A stretch of 63,987 bases of DNA, counting the filler, from Octopus bimaculoides (taxonomy: Eukaryota), in NCBI RefSeq assembly GCF_001194135.2. It is 5 parts of 5 records of this genome, joined end to end, with 100 filler letters (N's around TTAATTAATTAA, not from the genome) between each part and the next. Parts side by side here need not be neighbours in the genome. Positions count along the whole stretch, not along the records: positions 51,414 to 57,964 come from NC_068998.1; positions 58,065 to 62,848 come from NC_068982.1; positions 62,949 to 63,987 come from NC_068988.1; 2 more parts are not named here. The stretch is one strand, 5' to 3'. A program made the position numbers and the translations under genes. The first letter of the stretch is position 1. Each line of letters opens with the position of its first letter. Shown here piece by piece: positions 52,253 through 63,987 of this stretch. Under the pieces are notes generated by a model. It was not told the origin of the DNA. It made no database searches and worked only from the letters and a program-made list of their open reading frames with translations.

Positions 52253-52801
52253 NNNNNNNNNNNNNNNNNNNNNNNNNNNNNNNNNNNNNNNNNNNNNNNN
52301 NNNNNNNNNNNNNNNNNNNNNNNNNNNNNNNNNNNNNNNNNNNNNNNNNNNNNNNNNNNNNNNNNNNNNNNNNNNNNNNNNNNNNNNNNNNNNNNNNNNN
52401 NNNNNNNNNNNNNNNNNNNNNNNNNNNNNNNNNNNNNNNNNNNNNNNNNNNNNNNNNNNNNNNNNNNNNNNNNNNNNNNNNNNNNNNNNNNNNNNNNNNN
52501 NNNNNNNNNNNNNNNNNNNNNNNNNNNNNNNNNNNNNNNNNNNNNNNNNNNNNNNNNNNNNNNNNNNNNNNNNNNNNNNNNNNNNNNNNNNNNNNNNNNN
52601 NNNNNNNNNNNNNNNNNNNNNNNNNNNNNNNNNNNNNNNNNNNNNNNNNNNNNNNNNNNNNNNNNNNNNNNNNNNNNNNNNNNNNNNNNNNNNNNNNNNN
52701 NNNNNNNNNNNNNNNNNNNNNNNNNNNNNNNNNNNNNNNNNNNNNGAGAGAGAGTACTTTGCCACCTTGCAGCCAAACTTGTGGATAAACTTTTCCTTTA
52801 A

Positions 52802-52983
52802 CCCTTTAGTGTTCAGATTGCTCTGTTAAGTGTAATATCTTATAGCTTTGAGGTTTCACTGATATGATTGTTTATTTTTAGAATGTCACTGTAGGTTAGG
52901 TGTGAGAGGCTAGATATGGCCAGTTTGAATATAAATCATGTAGAATATTTGGGCTGGATATGGCCGGTTTAAACACTAAAGGG
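52802..52983. mobile_element. piggyBac-type MITE with TTAA target-site duplication
   Basis: TTAA-ccctttagtgtt...aacactaaaggg-TTAA. Confidence 0.85.
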
Positions 52984-53232
52984 TTAATTCGTTGTTTCAA
53001 ATAATTCATTGCCTGGTACACCTAGCAAGGACGTAATATAAGTGAATCAGATAACATATATCAGAGCTAACCTATGACATTCAAAATTTCAGTGGGTATA
53101 GGTAGTAATGTCAATATCTTTGCGGTCGGCTAAAGATAGGGAACCTCCTCTCCCTCTGTCACATCCAAAATACATCGAGTTTCGGCTAACAAAGGATTTA
53201 ATACAAGTGAAATTATGAAATAAATGTGTTGT

Positions 53233-53668
53233 TATCTTTTATGTTTCAGTAATTAGGCTGCGGCCATGCTGGGGATACCGCCTTGAAGGATTTTTGATCG
53301 AACAAATCGACCCCCAGTCTCTTTTTCATTTTTTATGGCTTGGCACTTATTCTAACGAACTGTTTTGCTGAACAGCTAGGTTGCGGGAACATGAACACAC
53401 CAACACCAGTTACCAAGTGGTGGTGGTGGTGGTGGGGACAAACACGGACACAAAGAAAACACATACACATTCACACACACACACACATACACACACACAC
53501 ACACTCATACACATACGACAGGCTTCTTTCAGTTTCCGTCTGCAAAATCCACTTACAAGGCTTTGATCGGCCCAAGGCTGTAGTAGAAAATACTTGTCTG
53601 AGTTGCCTCTCTGTGGGATTGAACCCGGAACTATATGGTTCGGAAGCAGGCTTCTTACCACACAGCCA
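53233..53668 (-). mobile_element. SINE family C, full length (decayed)
   Basis: Tail, microsatellite, core and head all present. Confidence 0.88.
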
Positions 53669-53769
53669 TTTTTTTTTCTTTTTCTTTTCTTAACACAAAT
53701 GCACCCCACGCAGATTCTCAAAGGCTTACAATTCGCATCTGATACTAAATACAGGTCCCTCATATTCAT

Positions 53770-54262
53770 CTATTCCTTATAGTTTCAGTGATTGGACTAC
53801 GGCCATACTGGAGCACCGTCTTGAAGGATTTAAGCTAATGGTTCTCAACCATTTTTTACCCTTTAGATTCCAGTTTTACTCAGATGGATCCCCATAGCCA
53901 TTCGATGTTTTAAAAAAATCCTATGATTTTTCTTTTTTTTTTGTGATTAAGCATTATTAGGAATTGTATAAAAAAAAATTAGAATATTTTATGCATTATA
54001 GAAGTATAACCAATTTAATGCACATCAGTTTTAACAGCAAAATCTTACATGGATCCCGGTTAGAATCACTGATTTAAAGGAACAAATCAACCTCAATACA
54101 TATTTGTATAAACCTAGTACTTATTCCATCGGTTTTCTTTCGCTGAACCGCTAGATTACAGGCATGTAAACAAACCTACGCCAATTATCAAACGGCGGTA
54201 GGGGACAAACACAAAGACACACACACACACACACACACACATACGACTTGCTCCTTTCAGTT
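53770..54262 (-). mobile_element. SINE family C 3' half interrupted by a MITE
   Basis: The SINE sequence resumes at ~54072. Confidence 0.8.
53836..54071. mobile_element. hAT/Charlie-like MITE
   Basis: Ends taatggttctcaacc / ggttagaatcactg resemble CAGTGGTTCTCAA TIRs; imperfect 8-bp TSD atttaagc / atttaaag. Confidence 0.7.
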
Positions 54263-54264
54263 TC

Positions 54265-54497
54265 TTATTTCTTTATTGCCCACAAGGGGCTAAACATAGA
54301 GGGAACAAACAAGGGCAGACGAACGGATTAAGTCGATTACATCGACCCCAGTGCGTAACTGGTACTTAATTTATCGACCCCGAAAGGATGAAAAGCAAAG
54401 TCGACCTCGGCGGAATTTGAACTCAGAACGTAACGGCAGACGAAATACCGCTAAGCATTTCGCCCGGCGTGCTAACGATTCTGCCACCTTGCCGCCT
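54265..54497 (-). mobile_element. SINE A, full length, near consensus
   Basis: All family motifs intact. Confidence 0.93.
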
Positions 54498-55411
54498 NNN
54501 NNNNNNNNNNNNNNNNNNNNNNNNNNNNNNNNNNNNNNNNNNNNNNNNNNNNNNNNNNNNNNNNNNNNNNNNNNNNNNNNNNNNNNNNNNNNNNNNNNNN
54601 NNNNNNNNNNNNNNNNNNNNNNNNNNNNNNNNNNNNNNNNNNNNNNNNNNNNNNNNNNNNNNNNNNNNNNNNNNNNNNNNNNNNNNNNNNNNNNNNNNNN
54701 NNNNNNNNNNNNNNNNNNNNNNNNNNNNNNNNNNNNNNNNNNNNNNNNNNNNNNNNNNNNNNNNNNNNNNNNNNNNNNNNNNNNNNNNNNNNNNNNNNNN
54801 NNNNNNNNNNNNNNNNNNNNNNNNNNNNNNNNNNNNNNNNNNNNNNNNNNNNNNNNNNNNNNNNNNNNNNNNNNNNNNNNNNNNNNNNNNNNNNNNNNNN
54901 NNNNNNNNNNNNNNNNNNNNNNNNNNNNNNNNNNNNNNNNNNNNNNNNNNNNNNNNNNNNNNNNNNNNNNNNNNNNNNNNNNNNNNNNNNNNNNNNNNNN
55001 NNNNNNNNNNNNNNNNNNNNNNNNNNNNNNNNNNNNNNNNNNNNNNNNNNNNNNNNNNNNNNNNNNNNNNNNNNNNNNNNNNNNNNNNNNNNNNNNNNNN
55101 NNNNNNNNNNNNNNNNNNNNNNNNNNNNNNNNNNNNNNNNNNNNNNNNNNNNNNNNNNNNNNNNNNNNNNNNNNNNNNNNNNNNNNNNNNNNNNNNNNNN
55201 NNNNNNNNNNNNNNNNNNNNNNNNNNNNNNNNNNNNNNNNNNNNNNNNNNNNNNNNNNNNNNNNNNNNNNNNNNNNNNNNNNNNNNNNNNNNNNNNNNNN
55301 NNNNNNNNNNNNNNNNNNNNNNNNNNNNNNNNNNNNNNNNNNNNNNNNNNNNNNNNNNNNNNNNNNNNNNNNNNNNNNNNNNNNNNNNNNNNNNNNNNNN
55401 NNNNNNNNNNN

Positions 55412-55457
<46 letters not shown>

Positions 55458-55544
55458 AGGTTGAGAAGTTAGCAAACAAAAGACACCTTGCAATATATGT
55501 TGAGTTCTCCACAATTGACATTAACAATGTTACTTTAATGATTT

Positions 55545-55900
55545 CACATTTTGGCACAAGGCCAGCAATTTCGGCGGAGGAGGTAAGTTGATTAGATCGC
55601 CACCAGTGCTTAACTGGTACTTATTTTATCAACCCAGAAAGGATGAAAGGCAGAGTCGACCTCGGCAGAATTTGAACTCAGAATGTAAAGATCGACAAAA
55701 CACTGCTAAGCATTTTGCCCGGCATGCTAACGATTCTGCCAGCTCATATTACTTAAATATTACAACAATGTAAGGCAGCAAGCTGGTAGAATCGTTAGCG
55801 CATTGGGCAAAATGCTTTGTTGTATTTCGTCTGGCTTTACGTTCTGAGTTTAAATTCCATTATGGTCGACTTTTCTTTAGGGGTTGATAAAATAGGTACC
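55545..55900. mobile_element. Head-to-head SINE A pair (minus 55545-55745, plus 55772-55900)
   Basis: Both heads present with a ~27-nt spacer. Confidence 0.85.
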
Positions 55901-56196
55901 AATAACACTGGTCAACACATATTTTCTGGCACAAGGCTTATCAATGATTTTTGGGCAGTTGAATCTAAATCTGGCATAAGATTTTGTCTATCACATCAGA
56001 TTTTTGAGATATAAAATCTTTTATTTTTGCTAAAAACAGCTTATTCAATGCTCATTAAGGAAGAATTAAACACATGTAGACACGATTATTAATCGACAAT
56101 ATGTCTTTTTTTTTAATCTAATAATTCAAAACACAAAGTTGTGGGAATAAATGCATATTGGCATGTAAGACTTAAGCTTGGTTATGATAATATATG

Positions 56197-56574
56197 GTGG
56201 AGGTCCAATGGCCCAGTGGTTAGGGCAGTGGACTCGCGGTCATAGGATCGCGGTTTCGATTCCCAGACCGGGCGTTGTGAGTGTTTATTAAGCGAAAACA
56301 CCTAGAGCTCCACGAGGCTCCGGCAGGGGATGGTGGCGAACCCTGCTGTACTCTTCCACCACAACTTTCTCTCACTCTTCCTGTTTCTGTTGTACCCGTA
56401 TTTCAAAGGGCCAGCCTTGTCACACTGCGTCACGCTGAATATCCCCGAGAACTACGTTAAGGGTACACGTGTCTGTGGAGTGCTCAGCCACTTGCACGTT
56501 AATTTCACGAGCAGGCTGTTCCATTGATCGGTTCGACTGGAACCCTCGACGTCGTAAGCGACGGAGTGCCAACA
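56197..56574 (+). mobile_element. SINE family B, full length with 10-bp TSD
   Basis: ATAATATATG at 56187-56196 and 56575-56584. Confidence 0.95.
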
Positions 56575-57126
56575 ATAATATATGAATACAAAATCTCTTC
56601 TCGTTGTGGTCATTCATTCTGATCCTCTTATTACTGCAAGAACTTCCTCTTTTTTGACAATCTCTTGTGCACAGCTTCTGAAATATCTCTCATCAAGCTC
56701 CAGCAGTTATCTGCCATCATGATGCTGTATCCATAACTAGATCACACCTGAAAAGAAGAGGAAAGGATTTAAAGCAAGACTCAGCTTGGACAAATTCAAA
56801 ATTAACATGACAATCCAGCCAAAATTCTTGAAAATAGTGCTGTATGGTTAACTTTCGGTAAATAAAGGTATGTACCGATGGCACAAAAATGTGATGTCAT
56901 AGAGCAAATCTGGGGTCAATTTTCGAATCAGCACCCCAAAATTAGTCTAAAACAGCTCCAAGATTTTATGCCGGAAAATAAAGTTTATTTTGTTGACTTA
57001 TCCACTCCCATGAAATTGCCAGCCTTCTGCCAAAATTTGAAACCAATATCACATCAACGTAAATATCATACTATAGTAATGCTGATGGATATTACAACGA
57101 TGTAGCTATAATATAACAGTTCTGTT

Positions 57127-57320
57127 TAAGGCAGCGAGCTGGCAGAATGATTAGCACGCCAGGCAAAACGCTTAGCGGCATTTCGTCCGTCTTTACGTTC
57201 AAATTCCGCCAAGATCGATATTGCCTTTCATCCTTTCGGGGTTGATAAAATAGAATACTAATCGAGTAGTGGGGTTGATATAATCGATTTACTCCATCCC
57301 TCGAACTTTGAGACCAATAT
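57127..57320 (+). mobile_element. SINE A
   Basis: aaggcagcgagctggcagaat head. Confidence 0.85.
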
Positions 57321-57344
57321 TGCAGTACTGTTATTGCAATATTA

Positions 57345-57620
57345 TAAGAAGGGCACTATGAAGACCTGCTTGAAAGCCTGCAAGATAAACCTGAAGACAT
57401 GGGAATCAGTAACACTGAACAGAGCTCGGTGGAGAAGCTATCTATGACATTAAGGCAGCCAGGATCAACACACAGAGAGAAAAGAGCCCAGCGTAGAGCC
57501 AGATCCAATCTCTCTCCACTGCTCTTGAATGACAAGAGAGCTCGGCTGCAACGTCTGCAACCGAATCTAAAGATCCTCGATTGGTCTGAATTTTATTACT
57601 CCTTCGCATTGCCATAAAGT
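57345..57620 (+). mobile_element. RTE LINE C-terminal remnant
   Basis: MKTCLKACKINLKTWESVTLNRARWR and CNVCNRI*RSSIGL (C-terminal zinc finger of BovB-like RTEs). Confidence 0.65.
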
Positions 57621-58064
57621 TTTATAAAATTCCACCAATTTGCTCACTCATCGCAATGCATCAAACGAATTTTCAAACACTATTAATGTAACTAGCAGAA
57701 AGACCATTCTCCGGGTAGTTTTCTACTAGCCCCTTGATAATATTTTCACATTCGATTCCCAATTCTAACAATTTTTATATTTTACGTCTAATTATTTCTT
57801 TGTATAATAGTGTTCACTTGCTTAGTAAATATTGCTTTCATTATTTTATCACAGTCATAAAATCCCTTTTTTAAATAAACATCACGGTAGTCCAACAACA
57901 GAGGGAGAAGCAGTTTGTCAAGTTTTACCTTCCCCTCAAAGCAACATAGAGATTTCAATTCAGCNNNNNNNNNNNNNNNNNNNNNNNNNNNNNNNNNNNN
58001 NNNNNNNNTTAATTAATTAANNNNNNNNNNNNNNNNNNNNNNNNNNNNNNNNNNNNNNNNNNNN

Positions 58065-58099
<35 letters not shown>

Positions 58100-58292
58100 T
58101 GTGTGTCTGTGTTTGTCCCCCTAGCATTGCTTGACAACCGATGCTGGTGTGTTTATGTCCCCGTAACTTAGCGGTTAGAATAAGTACTAGGCTTACAAAG
58201 AATAAGTCCCAGGGTCGATTTGCTGGAGTAAAGGTGATGCTCCAGCATGGCCGCAGTCAAATGACTGAAACAAGTAAAAGAGTAAAAGAGTA
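58065..58292 (+). mobile_element. SINE family C, 3' half
   Basis: Near-consensus tail gactgaaacaagtaaaagagtaaaagagt. Confidence 0.92.
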
Positions 58293-58439
58293 ATAATGAT
58301 AATAATCATTATTATTATTTCTTTATCAACTACAAAGGTTTTACATTAAAAAAACCCATTGTAGACTGCACAGGACAAATAGAATGTGTGGTTACATGAA
58401 AGTCGTATAATCAATGAAAAACAATGGATTATAACAAGA

Positions 58440-59620
58440 TCCCCCAAAAGAAGGAGGAGACCTCTTAGGACTGCTCGTGGAAACCCCACAAATCCACGAC
58501 AGTCCAGACCACCAGGGTAAGCACCCTCTCCACTTTGTCTACATTTATAGACTCTCTTGCCTCTCTCACTTCAACACCTCTAACCACCAAAGCTTTCCTC
58601 ACTCCATCCATCCACACAAACTGAGGTCTACCTCCGGTTCTGCTGCCTACCACTTCTGCCTTCAGCATCCTCCTTACCATCCACTCCTCATCCATCCTTT
58701 CCATGTAGCCAAACCACCTCAACATTCGTCTATCCATCCTGGTACATAGATTTTCTCACGTTCCTACTCGCTTTCGCACCTCCTCATTTCTCATTCTGTC
58801 CATCCGTGTCACACCAACCATAGTCCTCAAACATCTTATCTCAAACACATCTAGTCTCCTCCCTTCCGCCTTTCTTAGCCCCCGCGTCTCTGCACCATAT
58901 AACATTGTCGGCACAATCACGCCCTCATACATACCTCTTTTCGCTTTCATACTCAACCTTTTATCTCTCAGCACACCTTTCACAGTTCCAAGTATCTTGC
59001 TCCTCTCCCTCACTCTATAATCCCACTTCCTCACCCAATCACCCCCATCCGCCGTCACATGTGATGCCAGATACATAAAAACACTCATCTCCTCTAACAT
59101 CTCACCATTTATACTCACATCCATCCTACCAGCCATTCCATCTCTCGGACATCTCATCAGCTTATTCTTAGCTACATTCACTTTCAGTTTCCTCCTCTCA
59201 CACACTCTTCCAAACTCTACCACCAATCTCCTCAGTTGCTCTTCCGAATCCGCCACAATAACTGACTTACCTGCTATTTCTCTCCATTTACTCCCTCCAT
59301 TTGGGCTCCCCTAACAAGGGTTCTAGCGTTCACCTCTCTCACCGCACCATCTATTTTTAAATTAAACAGCCACGGAGACATCACACAACCCTGTCTTACC
59401 CCACCTTCACATCAAACCACTCACTTACTTCACCATCCACCCTTACACACGCCCTACTTTCTCTATAGAAACTCTGTACAGCTCCCAACAATTCACCATC
59501 TACTCCGTACAACCGCAACATCTGCCACATTGCATCCCTATCTGCACGGTCATATGCCTTCTCTAGGTCCACAAAGACCCAATACACTTCCCTCCCTATG
59601 CCAAAAACTTCTTATACATC
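58440..59620 (-). mobile_element. RTE-clade LINE, 5'-truncated RT to 3' end
   Basis: FVDLEKAYDR..VKVG*RQGCVMSPWLF..KLKVNVAK..VPTMLYGAET..MLRWFGYMERM..GRP..WMDGV; the FADD region is deleted. Confidence 0.92.
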
Positions 59621-59621
59621 T

Positions 59622-59780
59622 GCCTTAGTCGATTATATCGTCCCCAGTGCTCGACCGGTAGTTATTTTATGGATCCCGAAAGGATGAGAGGCAAAGTCAA
59701 CCTCGGTAGAATTTGAACTTGGAACATAAAAACGGACGAAATGCCGTTAAGCATTTTGTCCGGCGCGGTAACGTTTCTGT
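59622..59780 (-). mobile_element. SINE A at the 5' end of the RTE fragment
   Basis: ggcaaagtcaacctcggtagaatttgaac. Confidence 0.85.
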
Positions 59781-60959
59781 CTTTGGTCCTGTGATAATAA
59801 CGTAAAACAATTCATATGAAACCACATAATAATATTTATTATTTGATAACAAAACAAAAGGAGGAGGAGGAGGAACTGAAAAGGGGGGGGAGAAGGGGAA
59901 TGGGAAGAAGAAGAAGAAGAAGAAGAAGAAGAAGAAGAAGAAGAAGAAGAAGAAGAAGAAGAAAAAGAAGAAGAAAGAGAATGGAAGGAAGAAGAAGATG
60001 AAGAAGAAGGAGAAGAAAGAGAATGGAAACAGAAGAGGAGGAAGAAGAAAACGAAGCAGAAAAAAAATAAGAAGCAAAAAAGTATGCAAAAATAAAAGAA
60101 AAAAACACAGTAATCAACAAACGTCAAAACAAAACAAAACCGCAATAACAATAATAATAATAATAATAATCATAGTAATAATAGCAACAGCGCTAATTAC
60201 ATCAACGTAAAAGTTTTCTGGGAATTGATTTTAAGAGTGTAGCGAAAGTAAATGAAAGAAGCAGCAGACACAGAAGAAGAAGAAGAAAAAGAAGAAAAAG
60301 AACACTCAGGCAAATCAACAGGTGAAAAGCATTGATTGGTTCGTCAAACTGGCTGGTTGGCTGGCTTGGTGGATGACTGGTTGACTGGCTGGCTGGCTGG
60401 TTGGTGGGTTGGTGGGTTGTTTGGTTGGTTGGTAGGCTGGTTGGTGTGTGGGTTGGTGGAATTTTAGTAAAAATTGCTACGATCCGAAGACTCGATTCCC
60501 TTGTAACTAAACGCCGGTACCGTCATAGACAAATTAACCGATGACAGACAGATCGACGAACCAACCAGAAAGCCTCTATCTATTCTATATCCATGTAGTC
60601 GACAGATGTGCTAGAAACAGCAGTGAAATTTCCTTTCAAGCCACAGCTTCTACTATATATCTTTCTCACTCTCGTTCTCTCACCTATATAAAAAAAAGAC
60701 AACAACAAAACAAAGAATCAGAAAGAAAGAAAAGGTAAACGCGTTGTAGTCAAAGTCGTCTGAGATATGCAAAAATATGGAGTGTTCACGGTTGGAACGC
60801 TTTCCATCATAAGTCCTGCTCAGTCGGGAGTGACCTGAAACTGAACTGCAAATACTGACGTACGTACATACATGCACATGCACACACACATACATGCATA
60901 CACACACACACACATATATGTATATGCACACATACACGCATGCACACACGCACACACAT

Positions 60960-60990
<31 letters not shown>

Positions 60991-61295
60991 TTCATAATTA
61001 CCAATTATAAGATTGATCACGGCGATTGATACCAATATCGCTAACATAGTATCAATATATATAGATACATATTTATATATATATATATATATATATATAA
61101 ACAATGTTAATTCTCTAAATGAAGTATTAACAGTAACTGCACGATAAAGTGTAGTATATTGCCACTTAAGTGTGGCTGACCCCTAGGGGTGGATGTTACT
61201 GTTGCTTTTAGCCCCAGGAGGACATCTCCTCCAGCTGGCTTATCGACACACGACTGTGTCCTGTTTGCCAAGGGTAGTTATCCCTCTCACCAACA

Positions 61296-61395
61296 TCTGC
61301 AGCACGAACGGATCCGGATTTCAGGGTTATTTCCCTTCGTCGGCTGACCAAGGTCAGCGGCTATCGGACGCCGACGAAGGGAAATAACCCTGAAA
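61296..61395. ncRNA. Inverted pair of hammerhead-like motifs (26-bp perfect arms)
   Basis: Composite reading cggacg-CCGACGA-AGGG-aaataa-CCCT-GAAA-tccgga-TC-cgttcg; arms at 61319-61344 and 61370-61395. Confidence 0.55.
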
Positions 61396-61909
61396 NNNNN
61401 NNNNNNNNNNNNNNNNNNNNNNNNNNNNNNNNNNNNNNNNNNNNNNNNNNNNNNNNNNNNNNNNNNNNNNNNNNNNNNNNNNNNNNNNNNNNNNNNNNNN
61501 NNNNNNNNNNNNNNNNNNNNNNNNNNNNNNNNNNNNNNNNNNNNNNNNNNNNNNNNNNNNNNNNNNNNNNNNNNNNNNNNNNNNNNNNNNNNNNNNNNNN
61601 NNNNNNNNNNNNNNNNNNNNNNNNNNNNNNNNNNNNNNNNNNNNNNNNNNNNNNNNNNNNNNNNNNNNNNNNNNNNNNNNNNNNNNNNNNNNNNNNNNNN
61701 NNNNNNNNNNNNNNNNNNNNNNNNNNNNNNNNNNNNNNNNNNNNNNNNNNNNNNNNNNNNNNNNNNNNNNNNNNNNNNNNNNNNNNNNNNNNNNNNNNNN
61801 NNNNNNNNNNNNNNNNNNNNNNNNNNNNNNNNNNNNNNNNNNNNNNNNNNNNNNNNNNNNNNNNNNNNNNNNNNNNNNNNNNNNNNNNNNNNNNNNNNNN
61901 NNNNNNNNN

Positions 61910-61949
<40 letters not shown>

Positions 61950-62006
61950 CATCTATATATGCACACAGAAACACACACACACACACACATATAAGTGAGG
62001 AATTTA

Positions 62007-62400
62007 TATGGCTGTGTGGTAAGAAGGCGCAGGCATGATTGTGTAGTAAGAAGCTTGCTTCCCAACCACATGGTTCCGGGTTCAGTCCCGCCGCGTAACA
62101 CCTTGGGCATGTGTCTTCTACTATAGTCTCGGGCCGACCAAAGTCTTGTGAGTGGATTTGGTAGATGGAAACTGAAAGAAGCCCATCGAATATATGTACA
62201 TATTTGTGTGTGTGTGTTTATATCTGTGCTTGTCTCCTACCCCACTATCTCAAGACAACCGATGCTGGTTTGTTTACGTCCCCGTAACTTAGTGGTTCGA
62301 CAGAAGAGACGATAGAATAAGCATCAAACTTACAAACAATAAGTCCAGGGGACGATTTCTTCGACTAAAAGGCGGTGCTCTAGCATGGCCACCGTCAAAT
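62007..62400 (+). mobile_element. SINE family C with a partially duplicated head
   Basis: tggctgtgtggtaagaag precedes ggcgcaggcatgattgtgtagtaagaag. Confidence 0.9.
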
Positions 62401-62652
62401 GTATATACATATACATATATATATATATATATTATTTACATATATGTATGTATGTGTATATATATATATATATATATATTAATACACATTGTGTATATCA
62501 ATATTAATATAGATATAAATATATATTGATATTTTGGCAAATTAAATTTAAATGTTGAAGTGAATCTAACGATTTTTGTGTGTTTTTAAATGGCTTATAA
62601 ACACCTTCCACGCTACAATTGTTTACAATTATCTTGATATATATGATGCATA

Positions 62653-62689
<37 letters not shown>

Positions 62690-62995
62690 GTATTTACATA
62701 TATTAATATACATACATTAACATATATATATGTATAACTATAACACCCTCACATCCACATCTATCAATATCGGTCTCTTAGATCAGTACCAGGCCACATA
62801 GGGAGTGGGAGGGGTGAAGGGAATTGGAGGAAGTGGTTTGACCCCATGNNNNNNNNNNNNNNNNNNNNNNNNNNNNNNNNNNNNNNNNNNNNTTAATTAA
62901 TTAANNNNNNNNNNNNNNNNNNNNNNNNNNNNNNNNNNNNNNNNNNNNGTTTTATTCAGGCCCATGCGCTTTCCACTTATTAAGTGTGGGTACCG

Positions 62996-63316
62996 TGAAG
63001 GCGCAATGGCCCAGTGGTTAGGGCAGCAGACTCGCGGTCATAGGATCGCGGTTTCGATTCCCAGACCGGGCGTTGTGAGTGTTTATTGAACGAAAACATC
63101 TAAGGCTCCACGAGGTTCCGGCAGGAGATGGTGGCGAACCCTGCTGTACTCTTTCACCACAACTTTCTCTCACTCTTACTTCCTGTTTTTGTTGTGCCTG
63201 TAATTCAAAGAAAGGGTCACCCTTGTCACACTGTGTCACGCTGAATATCCCCGAGAACTACGTTAAGGGTACACGTGTCAGTGGAGTGCTCAGCCACTTG
63301 CACGTTAATTTCACGA
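62996..63316 (+). mobile_element. SINE family B, 3'-truncated
   Basis: Head and body intact to aatttcacga. Confidence 0.92.
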
Positions 63317-63512
63317 TAAATCAACACTGTAGTTCACTGTTATGTGGAAAATTATAACCATCAGTTTCTGGAATGTGAGAATAGGCTCACCACAAGTCAC
63401 TGGAAATTGTGGTTCCTGGAAGAACCGACTGACGTATGCATTCCTCCAGTGTGTTGCGATTCTGACATGGCAGCGTATAAAGAAAAACATGTTTGGTCTC
63501 GCGACTTACAGT
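63317..63512 (-). mobile_element. Merlin (ISXO2/IS1595-like) transposase fragment
   Basis: SRETKHVFLYTLPCQNRNTLEECIRQSVLPGTTISSDLW*AY then, after a frameshift, HITVNYS; matches the R..TL..I...V.PG+.I.SD.W..Y..H.TVNHS pattern. Confidence 0.75.
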
Positions 63513-63821
63513 GGCCCATCCCCAGTTCTTCGACACCAAACTGGACTGAAGTGAGTCCCTTAACCCATGAATGAAGGAAAAGCAATACAGTCCTAAGAAC
63601 AAACTGTACCTTGGGCTGTAACTATGGAAATCGGCACCAATGTCTGTGGCTTTCAAATGGTTAAAATTTTCAGGCTTTAAAAGCTATAAATTTATGGCAA
63701 AAATGAATTTTATTTTCATAATCAGCATACAAACCAACATCAATACACCAAATTGGAAAACAACTGGAACAAAATTAGATGAATTGGAAACTGAGAGCGA
63801 AACAGAAAAGCTCCTAAGCTT

Positions 63822-63860
<39 letters not shown>

Positions 63861-63987
63861 TGTGTGTGTGTGTGTGCGTGCGTGCGTGTGTGTGTGTGTG
63901 TGTGTGTGTATAGGCCACTTACAGGCCAAATTCTATCTGATATATATAAATTCACATGGAAAAAAAAGTCGATTTATTTTAATACTA

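Noticed and set aside
56590-57000. Possible Tc1-like remnant and transposon end
   Set aside because: Similarity too weak to assign by eye.
60735-60835. Possible minus-strand exon (GHSRLSRTYDGKRS..)
   Set aside because: Acceptor-like site only; no donor and no homology.

Overview
AT-rich, microsatellite-dense eukaryotic DNA from a gapped draft assembly. It is very probably a coleoid cephalopod (Octopus-like); this is inferred from the SINE families and repeat landscape, not from a search. No complete host gene is present and only three weak candidate exons were found. Almost all long ORFs in the track are artefacts of microsatellites or N-runs. The real content is mobile DNA: several tRNA-derived SINE families (called A, B, C and F here) with exchanged modules; decayed DNA transposons (hAT Buster/Charlie, maT-like Tc1/mariner, Tigger/pogo, mariner, Merlin/ISXO2); MITEs; and retrotransposon fragments (Penelope-like, R4/Dong-type, RTE). 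The most interesting signal is a set of sequence-unrelated type I hammerhead-ribozyme-like motifs, read by eye at 11.7, 15.7, 15.9, 43.4/44.0/45.6 and 61.3 kb, with a decayed one at 50.5 kb. Each readable motif has a self-complementary stem III, four different palindromic cores occur in all, and some copies are in tandem or inverted. This suggests multiple Penelope-associated or retrozyme-like self-cleaving RNA families. Also notable are a ~730-bp foldback duplication at 49.2-49.95 kb and an RTE LINE that resembles decapod crustacean elements (possible horizontal transfer, unverified). Four N44-TTAATTAATTAA-N44 blocks are assembly linkers.
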